64,000 nucleotides of DNA from an uncultured delta proteobacterium. Lineage in GTDB: Bacteria > Desulfobacterota > Desulfomonilia > Desulfomonilales > Desulfomonilaceae. The notes beneath the pieces are model-generated. The model ran no database searches. It was not told where the DNA came from and was given only the letters and a program-made list of their open reading frames with translations. Positions 52,250 through 62,499 of this stretch are shown here, piece by piece. The translations under genes and the position numbers were made by a program. The first letter of the stretch is position 1. Each line of letters begins with the position of its first letter. The stretch lies in the NCBI GenBank assembly GCA_963789265.1, contig CAWBKB010000001.1, positions 1,792,001-1,856,000 of the forward strand. The letters are read 5' to 3'.

Positions 52250-53915
52250 ATGGAATCCAAACCATGGCAGCGGCACTATGACTACAACGTCCCCGTCACA
52301 ATCCGATACCCTCGCATTCCACTCCACGATCTGCTGGGTATCCCCGCCGGCTCGCTCCCGGATAAGGCGGCTCTGAATTTTTTCGGTACCGAGATCACCT
52401 TCTGGGAACTTCGCGACCTCGTATTGCGGATGGCGACTGTCCTGACAAAACTGGGAGTACAAAAAGGGGATCGAGTCGGTATGCACCTTCCCAATTGTCC
52501 CCAGTACGTTATCGCCAACTACGCGGCCCTCTCCCTTGGGGCTGTTGTGGTTAATTTGAACCCGATGTACACCTTCGACGAACTTAAGCTCATTTCTCAA
52601 AAGACGGGAATGACGACGCTCTTCACCTTCGACATGGTCTTGCCCAATATCCGCGCCTTGTGCCAGGCGGTGGAGATCCCCAGGGTAATCGTGACCAAAG
52701 TGACGGACTTCATTAAAGGGATGAGCCCGAGCACCAAGGATAGCCTGGAACTCGATCCGAATTGGCACCACTTCTCCGAGTTGTTGGATGGCTGTCCGGT
52801 AGGTCAACGCCCGCGAGTTCAGGTGAACCCGGGGGACCCATGCATGATTCAATTCACCGGCGGAACAACGGGTACCCCCAAGGCCGCAGTGCTCACCCAC
52901 GCTAATCTTGTGGCCGCTACCTTTCAATGTGCCCTGTGGGGAACTCCCACAACCAGTCTGACTCCCCCGGAGCGGCGTTCCGTGCTGGCAGTTCTCCCAT
53001 TTTTTCATGTGTACGGGAACATTGTGGTTATGAATTGGGCTTTACTTACGTGCTCTACTCAGATCTTGGTTCCCAGGTTTCAGATCGACGAGTTCATGGG
53101 AATCCTTGGCAACTTCAATGAGATCACTTTCTTTCCCGCTGTGCCCACCATGATCACAGCGATCATCAACCATCCCAAAGCTCCTGAGCTTGATTTGGGC
53201 AAAAGATTGGGCCTCCTTAACTCGGGCGCCGCGCCCATGGCCGCGGAACTCATTGAACAAGTCAAAGACATGGGTATCTTTTTCAGCGAGGGATGGGGTA
53301 TGAGCGAAACGACATCTCTGGGGACCGCCAATCCCATCATGGGCCTCAAGAAGGTTGGAAGCATCGGCGTCCCGTTTCCGGACACGGACATTAGAATCGT
53401 GGATGTTGAGGAAGGAGTAGAGGATGTAAAGCCGGGCGAGCCGGGCGAGCTTCTCATCAGGAGCCCGTTGATTATGAAGGAGTACTGGGGAGACCCCGAG
53501 GAGACGGCCGGTCAGCTTAAAGACGGCTGGCTGAGTACCGGCGACATAGTGGTGCGCGACGAGGACGACTATCTATTCATTGTGGATCGCAAGAAAGATA
53601 TGATTATAGCGGGCGGATTCAACATCTACCCGAGAGAGATCGACGAGGTGCTCTTTCAGCATCCCAAGGTAATGGATGCCGTCTCTGTGGGCATTGCAGA
53701 CCAGTACCCGAGGGGAAACTGTCAAGGCCTATGTCGTGCTCAAGCCCGGAGAGACAGCCAGCGGTGAAGACATCATCGCTTTTTGCAAAGAAAAGCTGGC
53801 AGCATACAAAGTGCCCAAGCTCGTGGAATTTCGGGACTCTCTCCCCAAATCCGCGGTAGGGAAGATACTACGCAAGATCCTGAGAGCTGAGGAACTGGAC
53901 AAAATGAAAGGTTGA
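52250..53915 (+). CDS. Long-chain acyl-CoA ligase (frameshift near 53710)
   Basis: [25 protein letters not shown]-terminus [11 protein letters not shown] in ORF 53676-53915. Confidence 0.92.
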
Positions 53916-54119
53916 GGCAATACTAAGGTACTGCTTGCCGCCTAGGGAATCTTAACGACGGCAACCAGAGCTGGAGTCAAGCCCAAGGCCTTCCGGACGC
54001 GCCCGCATTAGGATCGGGAGAACGTGTTTACCTCACCACCCGGCCGGCAAAAGCGACTGATTCCCCTCACGATTCATTTGGAATCCGTGACACTGTATTT
54101 CTAGACGGAGGTTGCTCAG

Positions 54120-55442
54120 ATGAGCATGCCCAAAGTGGCGATTGTTCGTTACGATAAGCCCCTTGAATCTGTAAAGAAGGCCATCGATCTTTCCCAGGGC
54201 CTCGATCGGCTCCCCAGTGGGGCCAAGGTTTTTATCAAACCTAATATTGTCTTCTGGACTCGTCTGGTTTCATTTCCCAAATGGGGCGTGATAACTACTT
54301 CCCGCGTGATAAATGATGTGGTTCATTGGCTCAAAGAGCGCGGAGTCGATGACATCACCATCGGAGAAGGCACCGTTGTTTACGACCCGAAAGATCGTGA
54401 AACAGCCGTGCACGCTTTTGAAACCCTTGGCTACGGCAATCTCCGAAAGCGTTACGGCGTAAAATGCATGAGCGCATTCGAGCGACCTTTTGAAAAGATA
54501 GATTTGGGCGGAGGAGTGGAGCTTGCTTATAACACCGACATTCTCCATAGCGATTTTGTTGTGAACGTCCCTGTTATGAAAACTCACGCACAAGCAATCG
54601 TAAGCCTCGGAATCAAGAACCTCAAGGGCATGATCGACGTTACATCGCGGAAGAAATGTCACTCCGCGGATGCTGAAAAGGATCTACATTACATGATATC
54701 GAAGTTGGCGAACAAGATACCTCCTTCGTTCACCATTCTCGACGGCATTTACACTAACGAGCGCGGGCCCTCTTTTGACGGAAAGATCAGGCGAAGCAAT
54801 ATTCTTGTGGCCTCTCCGGATCTGCTTTCCGCGGACAAGGTGGGGGCCGCAGTCCTGGGACACGAGCCATCTCAAGTCCCCCACCTGGTGCACGCGGCTA
54901 ATGATATGGGGAGAACGTCAGACCTCTCCGACCTCGAGATAGTGGGTGAAAAGCTCGAGGATGTTGCCTTGAATCTGGCCCATGCGTTCGCTTACAATGA
55001 AAGCGGCACTCTCCCTCTGCCCATGGAAAAAATGGGAATAAAGGGTCTCTCTTACCCGACCTACGATCTGACTATATGCACGTATTGTTCAGGGCTCACA
55101 GGAGTTGTCTTAACCGCCATAGCTTACGCGTGGAAAGGCAAACCGTGGGACGATGTGGAAATCCTCACAGGCAAGATCATGAAACCCACACCCGGCCGTA
55201 ACCATACGATTCTTTTAGGTAAGTGCATGTATCAGGCAAACAAGGACAATCCGGACATAAAACACATGATCGCGGTCAAGACGTGCCCGCCGGCCCCTGA
55301 AGCGGTAGTGGATGCGCTGCACCAGGCCGGGATTGAAGTGGACCCGGCAATTTTGGCTGGAAGGGAAAAGATTGTGGCACTCTACATGAAACGGTACGAG
55401 GGTAAACCGGAATTTGACGAGTCCTTGTTCAGAATTGACTGA
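54120..55442 (+). CDS. DUF362 domain protein with Cys-rich C-terminus
   Basis: VFIKPN, VPVMKTH, SLGIKNLKG; CTYC, GKC, TCPP. Confidence 0.88.
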   Translation: MSMPKVAIVRYDKPLESVKKAIDLSQGLDRLPSGAKVFIKPNIVFWTRLVSFPKWGVITTSRVINDVVHWLKERGVDDITIGEGTVVYDPKDRETAVHAFETLGYGNLRKRYGVKCMSAFERPFEKIDLGGGVELAYNTDILHSDFVVNVPVMKTHAQAIVSLGIKNLKGMIDVTSRKKCHSADAEKDLHYMISKLANKIPPSFTILDGIYTNERGPSFDGKIRRSNILVASPDLLSADKVGAAVLGHEPSQVPHLVHAANDMGRTSDLSDLEIVGEKLEDVALNLAHAFAYNESGTLPLPMEKMGIKGLSYPTYDLTICTYCSGLTGVVLTAIAYAWKGKPWDDVEILTGKIMKPTPGRNHTILLGKCMYQANKDNPDIKHMIAVKTCPPAPEAVVDALHQAGIEVDPAILAGREKIVALYMKRYEGKPEFDESLFRID

Positions 55443-55756
55443 TATTAATTTTAGCGATGGCTAGCAACGCATCTGAGGAGTGGGTTCAGATACCTACGTG
55501 AAGAATTGGCCCAATGCTGCAGTTCCCGCAGGTTAGTGATGGGGTCGATGCGCATTTGGTGCCCAGACGATTATTCGAGAAACCTTCGTCTGACCCAAGT
55601 TCGCTATAAAATAAGCGAGAATCGACATACAGCAAACGGCACTGACCTGGCGCCATGACGGCGCTCAGGTCAGTGGCACCCAACATCCACTCATAAGTCC
55701 TGGGTGCCATCCCGCCAAATCGTTTCCTCGGTAAATGCCTACCGTAAGAATCTTTC

Positions 55757-55890
55757 TCGTTCCTAGGCTCCGCCTGGGAATGCCTGTCGCGAGGCTCTCG
55801 CTTCGACTATTATAGAGAAATAATGCCAGTTTGCGGGCAGAGCCCGCGAGATATGGATTCCCAGTCCCGCGAGACGCGGGATTGGGAACC
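55757..55890. repeat. REP-type palindromic element
   Basis: CTCGTTCCTAGGCTCCGCCTGGGAATG ... TTCCCAGT..ATTGGGAAC. Confidence 0.6.
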
Positions 55891-56093
55891 GGAAGCCTGG
55901 CGAATTTCGTGGCACGATCTCCACTCAGTCCGCACTTTTGAGACACTTTCGGAAAGCCTGCCCCGCTGAAGTACTAGGTTTGTGAATACTTACAGGCTAC
56001 CAATAATGTGCATTGAGGACTGCGGAAATTCTGTGATAGAATCCGTTCTTACACTCGGTTACGCTCCTCTCGTGATGATCCAAAACCTTTCTA

Positions 56094-57689
56094 ATGGAGT
56101 GTCCCATGCATGTGCCAATGTCACCGGTTAGAATTCTTAGGCGGGCAGTGAAGCTCTATCCCCACAAGGCGGCTGTGGTGGATGGCGACTTGCGACTGAC
56201 CTATCTGGAACTTCATGAACGGGTTAACAGGGCCACTAACGCAGTCAAGGACCTGGGAATCCCTCCCCAAGGCCGAATCGCCATGCTGGACTACAACACT
56301 CATCGCTATATGGACTTGTACTTCGGTATAGCTCAGTCAGGCAGGGTGCTTCTTCCGTTGAACACACGCTTGTCAGTTGCCGAGTATGCTTACATCTTGA
56401 ACGATGCTGAAGCCGAAGCCATTGTATTTCATGCCGATTTCAAACCAGTTATGGATAAGGTTCGACACAATGCTAGGACCGTCAAGAATTACATTATTTG
56501 TGACGGAGTAGCGAATGAACCGTGGATAAACGGTACGTATGAGGACTTTTTGGCCCACGCGTCGAGCGTTGCTGTCGATTATGAGCCCGCGGACGAAAAC
56601 GAGATGTTGAATCTGTATTACACGAGCGGTACGACGGGCCGTCCCAAGGGAGTGATCCTTACCCACAGAAATATTTATGCGAATGCCCTTACCACTATCA
56701 TATCCTTCAAGCTTGAAGACGCCACTGTCTGGTATCACATAGCCCCCCTATTCCATTTGGCGGATGCGTTTTTTGCCTGGTCGGTTACATTTCAGGGCGG
56801 ACAGCACATTATGCAACGTCAGTTCAATCCCAGGGCCGTTTTGGAGACCATCCAGAAAGAACGGATTAGCTGCTGTATGATGGTTCCCACTATGATCAAC
56901 TTTATCTTGAACGAACCGAATATTGACCGGTACGATCTTTCTTCGCTCCAATGGATCATGGTAGGCGGTGCGCCGATGTCTCCGGCTAACGCCAAAAGGA
57001 TGATGCAGCGGCTGGGCTGCCGATACATATCGGGCTACGGACTTACCGAAACCAGCCCTCTCCTGACGGTCGGAAACATTAAAGACACTCTTGCGTCGGA
57101 ATCCGACGAAGTGAAGGTGAATTATCTGACACGGACAGGCCTTGAAGCGGTTGGTGTTGACCTCAAGGTGGTTGACACCACAGGGAAGGATGTCCCGTGG
57201 GACAACAGAACCGTAGGTGAAATCATCGCCCGAGGAGACAATGTAACAAAGGGCTACTGGAAACTCCCCGCAGAGACAGAAAAGGCATTTCTCGGCGGGT
57301 ATCTTTATACCGGCGACCTTGCCACCGTGGACGCCGAGGGCTACATCCTCATTGTAGACCGGGCTAAAGACATAATTATCAGCGGAGGCGAGAACATTGC
57401 CTCGGTAGAAATCGAAAATGTGATCTACACCCATCCCAATGTCTTGGAATGCGCAGTGATTGCCTTTCCGGACGAAAAATGGGGAGAGGTCCCGAAAGTG
57501 ATTGTCGCGCTGAAACCCGGTACTGAGCTAAGCGAGCAAGAGTTGATTAACTACTGCCGCGAGCGTTTGGCACCGTTCAAGGTGCCGCGCCTTGTGGCCT
57601 TTGTGCCGGAACTCCCCAAGACCGGCTCAGGGAAAATACTCAAAGGAGAACTCCGGAAATCCTACGGTGAGAGACGTCCCAAAAGTTAG
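56094..57689 (+). CDS. Acyl/aryl-CoA ligase (AMP-binding)
   Basis: YTSGTTGRPKG, YGLTET, TGD, LPKTGSGK. Confidence 0.94.
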   Translation: MECPMHVPMSPVRILRRAVKLYPHKAAVVDGDLRLTYLELHERVNRATNAVKDLGIPPQGRIAMLDYNTHRYMDLYFGIAQSGRVLLPLNTRLSVAEYAYILNDAEAEAIVFHADFKPVMDKVRHNARTVKNYIICDGVANEPWINGTYEDFLAHASSVAVDYEPADENEMLNLYYTSGTTGRPKGVILTHRNIYANALTTIISFKLEDATVWYHIAPLFHLADAFFAWSVTFQGGQHIMQRQFNPRAVLETIQKERISCCMMVPTMINFILNEPNIDRYDLSSLQWIMVGGAPMSPANAKRMMQRLGCRYISGYGLTETSPLLTVGNIKDTLASESDEVKVNYLTRTGLEAVGVDLKVVDTTGKDVPWDNRTVGEIIARGDNVTKGYWKLPAETEKAFLGGYLYTGDLATVDAEGYILIVDRAKDIIISGGENIASVEIENVIYTHPNVLECAVIAFPDEKWGEVPKVIVALKPGTELSEQELINYCRERLAPFKVPRLVAFVPELPKTGSGKILKGELRKSYGERRPKS

Positions 57690-57976
57690 ACTACTTCGCG
57701 TGCAAGAAACCGATCAAACCAAATCGTCGAAGGCAGAAGCGCTGCCTTACTCAAGTATAGTGTCTGCCAATAGTTTTGCCCGATTTGTCCCGCGTTTCGC
57801 GAGGTCATCCCTGACTCCGACTGAGGGGGCATAAGGTAGGTCGGGCCATGCCCGACGCAATGAGGCGGCCACGGCCGCTCCGCTTGATTCTCGTCAACTG
57901 GGAATGGGGCTATGTATCATTACGATCGGTGGATTGATCTTATCATTGTTGTACGGTGAGGGCATGGAGGAGAAGA

Positions 57977-58469
57977 ATGCAGGACGTACGAGACTTATTG
58001 GAAGGGCTTAGACGAACCCCCGTGATATTATCTGAATTCGTAAAGACTATTCCGGAAGCCGGACTCGACTTGCGAAGAGGCCAGGGCTTTTGGACCATCG
58101 CCGAACATGTCAGCCACTTGGCTGAAGTCCAGCCGATGTTGTTGGGGCGTTTTCAGCGATTCATGAATGAGGATCGCCCTGAGTTTGTCCCGTACATTCC
58201 AGAAGATGATAAGGAGGCGTCTGATACTCCTCTACGAATGAATATGACCGCTGCCCTGGGACAGTTCGGACTCTACCGCGGCAAACAACTCGATCTCCTT
58301 GAATGCGCTGATGACGTGATATGGCAAAAGACTGCAATACACCCGGAATATGAGATGTATTCCTTTTACATTCTGGCCAGGCATACTCTGATGCATGATT
58401 ACTGGCACATGTACAGGATAGAAGAAACTTTGGCTGACAAAGGATGCTTATCTGAAAAGAATGGAATAG
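57977..58469 (+). CDS. DinB family protein (probable frameshift near 58428)
   Basis: WTIAEHVSHL, HDYWH; removing one A gives IEELWLTKDAYLKRME-stop at 58469. Confidence 0.8.
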
Positions 58470-58574
58470 CCGATGCGGTGAAGCCGGCATCTCGCGGGAT
58501 GAACCGCATGGCATTGACGGGACGGGCATCCGAAAGTGTCTGAAAATCGAAGCATGAACGAAATTCGTAGCACG

Positions 58575-58705
58575 ATGCGTCCCTTTTCCCGGCAATCCCG
58601 CGTTCCGCGCGGGACCGGGCTACTATCCTCGGTCCCTTCGGGACGCTTGCGTTTGAGCCCCATCGGGGCGAAAGATAGTAGACCGGTGCTTTAGCGCCGG
58701 GTTGC
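58575..58705. repeat. REP-type mosaic
   Basis: GTCCCTTCGGGAC, CCGGTGCTTTAGCGCCGG and 17-nt CCCGCG hairpin. Confidence 0.55.
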
Positions 58706-58834
58706 TATCTATTTCATCCTGCCTGCCCCGCCATTCCTTATCCAGACATATTCATAACAGGACTCGAATGATGCGTTTCCTCGGAATTCCGCCGGATTCA
58801 CCACATCCTTGCTACAGAGCTTGGGAACCAGAGC

Positions 58835-59758
58835 TTATTGCGGGGGCACTTCGTGCAGATTGCCGTTAAAATGTTCCTTGATAACCAGGAGGAATGCCTC
58901 TGCAGCCGGCGATAGCCGTTCTTCCCGGTTTACCAGAACGTCGATGGCCCCCATCCTGATATCACCGCCCTCAATCTGAACAACCCTCAGGCATCCTCGA
59001 GCAACCTCTTCGCGGATATTCGGCTCAAACATGAGAGCTACCCCTTTCTTTTGGCGGGCCAGCTCCTTGCCTAGCTCGATATTGTTTATCTCAGCCCCAA
59101 TCAGAGGTTGAAGCCCCCTTTTCTTAAAATGGTGCAGAATGATTGCCCGAGAGGCTGACCCCTCTGACTGAATTATCAAGGGATGGGAAATTAACTCGGC
59201 CCATTTTACGGGCTTGTCCAGGGGCAGGGGGTATTCCGGGCTGGCGACAAGAAAAAGCCTTTCTTCCACGGGAATGCGGTACAGGCGAAGTCGCTCGCTG
59301 TAAGGATACAGCACGCCTATAAGGCAGATGTCCTGTTTGAAATCGAGTAGGTCTTCGACCATTGCTCCGGACGGACCTTCACGTATGGAGAGCCGAATGG
59401 ACGGATGAAGCTCCTTGAATTTGTCTATAAGCGCTGTGAAATACAGCATCAACGGGCTGGAAATCCCTACGGAAAGATTGTTAAACCGGTAGCTTTTGAG
59501 GAAGTTCTCTGTCATTACCGCCTGATTGAGCAGTTCTTCCGCGTAAAGGAACAGCCTTTCACCAGCCCTTGTCAGGGTGACTCGTTTCTTCTTCATGTTT
59601 ACCAGCTTAACTCCAAACTGAACCTCCAAACCATGTACATGCTGAGTTATCGCAGGCTGAGTCATTGAGAGCTTCTCGGCGGCGCGGCTGAAGCTCTGTT
59701 CCTTTGCCAGGAAATAAAATGAGATCACATGGTGAAGGTTAAGCTGGAAACGTCCCAT
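58835..59758 (-). CDS. LysR family regulator
   Basis: SFSRAAEKLSMTQPAIT HTH; divergent from carboxylase genes. Confidence 0.95.
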   Translation of the reverse strand: MGRFQLNLHHVISFYFLAKEQSFSRAAEKLSMTQPAITQHVHGLEVQFGVKLVNMKKKRVTLTRAGERLFLYAEELLNQAVMTENFLKSYRFNNLSVGISSPLMLYFTALIDKFKELHPSIRLSIREGPSGAMVEDLLDFKQDICLIGVLYPYSERLRLYRIPVEERLFLVASPEYPLPLDKPVKWAELISHPLIIQSEGSASRAIILHHFKKRGLQPLIGAEINNIELGKELARQKKGVALMFEPNIREEVARGCLRVVQIEGGDIRMGAIDVLVNREERLSPAAEAFLLVIKEHFNGNLHEVPPQ

Positions 59759-59939
59759 GAGTTGATTGTCATATACGTTTGTACACCAGTCAAGTGCTGT
59801 GTTGCCTTATGAAATCATTAGTAGATTGCTATTGCATTAATTTTGCCCATCTCTAAGAATCTTTTTTGAAAGCGCAGAAAGTACCAGCGGGAATTTCCAG
59901 GAACCTCACCCGATAATGTGCTCAAACGAGGACAAAAGA

Positions 59940-60302
59940 ATGAAACGAAGAATCACCGAAAATCTTGACGTGGATCTGGAACGAGAAATGTGGACTTGCC
60001 ACTATTGCGGCAAGGATCTGATTTCCGCAAGGCAAAATTTTAAAGAAGGCTGCCTCGTGTATGCACGAGATCCGAGGGATATATATCGCCCGCTAATTGA
60101 AGGTGAATATAGCTTCTCGCCCAATCCTGAATGGGTTCGTATCGTGGAGTTCTATTGCCCCGAGTGCGGGGTCATGATCGAGAATGAAATCCTGCCCCTT
60201 GGCCATCCTTTGACCTACGAGATCGAGCTGGATGTTGATGCGCTGAAAGAAAAATATTTGCAGAAAGAGAGCGTGAGATATGGGGGCACATATCGATATT
60301 GA
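59940..60302 (+). CDS. Small Zn-binding subunit, acetophenone carboxylase ApcB / acetone carboxylase gamma family
   Basis: RITENLDVDL, CHYCG, IVEFYCPECG, GHP. Confidence 0.88.
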   Translation: MKRRITENLDVDLEREMWTCHYCGKDLISARQNFKEGCLVYARDPRDIYRPLIEGEYSFSPNPEWVRIVEFYCPECGVMIENEILPLGHPLTYEIELDVDALKEKYLQKESVRYGGTYRY

Positions 60303-62427
60303 TACAGGTGGCACGTTCACAGACGTCGTGGTCGCCGTGGGCGGACGTCTAGTCTACGCCAAGGCCCCAACAACTCCTCACAGGCTTGCAGAAGGCTGCA
60401 TGAAAGGCGTGGAAATTGCTGCGCAAGATTTGGGGATGTCTCTCGAGGAATTGCTCCGGAATACCGAGAGTTTCATATTTTCCACCACCTTTGCCACGAA
60501 CGCGCTGATTCAGAAAATTGGTCCGAGGCTGGGGTTAATCACTACTGAAGGCTTTGAAGATCTTCTGGTTATAGGAAAGGGGTCGAGTTGGTCGGACAAA
60601 ATGACCGTCAAGGAGATGCGCAATATCGCTCGAGTCGAGAAACCCAAGCAGCTCATCCCCCGCGATATGACCGTCGGTGTAAAGGAGCGTATCGACACGC
60701 GAGGCGAAATCATCAGGCCCCTCGATGAGGACGACGTCCTAGGGAAAGTCAGGTCTCTCGTGGACAAAGGCGCAGAAGGGTTTGTGGTGAGCCTCCTCTA
60801 CTCCTACCTGAACCCCGAGCACGAGCAGAGGATCAAGAAGCTTATTCAAGATGAGTTTCGAGGACACTGCCTCGCCTCGGCTTTCCCGATAGTCTTATCT
60901 TCCGAAGTTTGTCCAAAGCGAGGCGAATACACCCGGACGACTACCACAATACTGAATGCCTACCTCCAGAAGCCAATTCAGGGGGGCATGATGGACCTTG
61001 CGGGAAATGTCCGGAGCAACGGGTACACAAAGAGCCTCCTCGCCATCCACTGTACCGGGGGAATGGCCCCGATATACCGCTCAACACCTCTCCAGACTTA
61101 CAGCGCCGGCCCCATTGCCGGTCTCATGGCCGGTTCCTACTTCGGGAAAATGCTTGGCTTCGACCACGTTGTGGTTGGCGACATGGGAGGCACAAGCTTC
61201 GACTTGTCGCTCGTGATCCAGGGGAACCCGCGCTTTTACGAGATCAAGCCTGTTGTGGAAGATTGGTGGGTGGACATGACCATGCTGTGGCTCCGCTCCA
61301 TCGGGGCCGGCGGTGGCTCGATTGCTTGGATCAACAAGACATTGAATAACCAGCTTGAAGTAGGACCTCGAAGCGCCGGCGCTTCGCCCGGTCCGGCGGC
61401 CTACGATAGAGGCGGGCACGAACCGACTGTCACGGATGCTGACATCGTACTCGGGTACATTAACCCCGACAATTTCTACGGCGGCAAAATGAAGCTTCGC
61501 AAAGACCTCGCGTGGGATGCCCTGAAAACCAGGATAGCCGAGCCTCTGGGCATTGATCCCGTCGACGCGGCCTGGCGCATCAAAAAAGTGGCCGACGCGA
61601 ACATGGGCGACACGATCGTCAAAGAGACGTATTTGAGGGGCTTCGACCCAAGAGACTTTGTGCTCTTCGCTGCAGGGGCTGCCGGTCCCACTCACTGTTG
61701 TGGTTTCGGTTTCTACGGAAAGCTGAACAGGATCGCCATCTTCCCGTTTTCCCCTGTCTTTTGCGCCCTTGGGTCCGGGGGAATGGACATTATCCACATT
61801 TACGAGCGCTCTCGTAGCCTAACGCTCATGAAGCCTTTGAGTCAGGGGTATCTCGAAGATTATGAAGATTACAATGCGATCGTGCAGGACCTCCAGAAAA
61901 GGGCCCTCACGGACGTAAAGCTCGAGGGGTTTAACGCCGACGACGTAATATTCAGGCTGGAACTTGAAATGAAGTTTGGCGGCCAGGTCCACACGCTCAG
62001 GATCACATCTCCGCATCTCCAACTTCGGAGCGAGGACGACGTGAAGGTGGTGTGCGACCAGTTCATACTGAACTTCAGCGAAGTTTACGACAAGATAGCC
62101 CTTTACCCCGAAGGAGGTATCGAGACCCAACATTTCATTCTCCACACTATACTGCCGCGCCACAAGATCGATCTGCCATCTTACCCCCTTGCGGGGGAAT
62201 TGGTCTCCAAGAGCGCGATCAAGGGGAAAAGGGACGCATTCTGGGAGGAGTACAACGGGTTCCACCAGACGCCGATTATAGACCAGTCGGGACTAAAGCC
62301 CGGCAACATGCTTGAAGGCCCCGCGATTGTTGAATCGAAAAATACCACACTGGTCCTGCCTCCCGGTGCACGAATGAAGGTTGATAAGTATCTGAACTCG
62401 ATCATAGAGAACCTTATGGAGCGATGA
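60280..62427 (+). CDS. Hydantoinase A/oxoprolinase-family ATP-binding subunit (ApcC-like)
   Basis: DTGGTFTD, DMGGTSFD, GAGGGS, PTVTDAD, GPAIVE. Confidence 0.92.
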   Translation: MGAHIDIDTGGTFTDVVVAVGGRLVYAKAPTTPHRLAEGCMKGVEIAAQDLGMSLEELLRNTESFIFSTTFATNALIQKIGPRLGLITTEGFEDLLVIGKGSSWSDKMTVKEMRNIARVEKPKQLIPRDMTVGVKERIDTRGEIIRPLDEDDVLGKVRSLVDKGAEGFVVSLLYSYLNPEHEQRIKKLIQDEFRGHCLASAFPIVLSSEVCPKRGEYTRTTTTILNAYLQKPIQGGMMDLAGNVRSNGYTKSLLAIHCTGGMAPIYRSTPLQTYSAGPIAGLMAGSYFGKMLGFDHVVVGDMGGTSFDLSLVIQGNPRFYEIKPVVEDWWVDMTMLWLRSIGAGGGSIAWINKTLNNQLEVGPRSAGASPGPAAYDRGGHEPTVTDADIVLGYINPDNFYGGKMKLRKDLAWDALKTRIAEPLGIDPVDAAWRIKKVADANMGDTIVKETYLRGFDPRDFVLFAAGAAGPTHCCGFGFYGKLNRIAIFPFSPVFCALGSGGMDIIHIYERSRSLTLMKPLSQGYLEDYEDYNAIVQDLQKRALTDVKLEGFNADDVIFRLELEMKFGGQVHTLRITSPHLQLRSEDDVKVVCDQFILNFSEVYDKIALYPEGGIETQHFILHTILPRHKIDLPSYPLAGELVSKSAIKGKRDAFWEEYNGFHQTPIIDQSGLKPGNMLEGPAIVESKNTTLVLPPGARMKVDKYLNSIIENLMER

Positions 62428-62499
62428 CGGCATCCGCTCCGGTCTCGACGCCTACCCTGACCTGAAGTGAAACAAAAGAGGAGAGAGAAGGAGATTCCG

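Noticed and set aside
52118..53008. 296-aa minus-strand ORF (likewise 19132-19782, 56748-57434, 61081-61797)
   Set aside because: Antisense shadows of clearly real genes
55440..55750. Possible ncRNA from two hairpins
   Set aside because: Adjacent to REP elements with no promoter or family signature; likely terminator or REP debris
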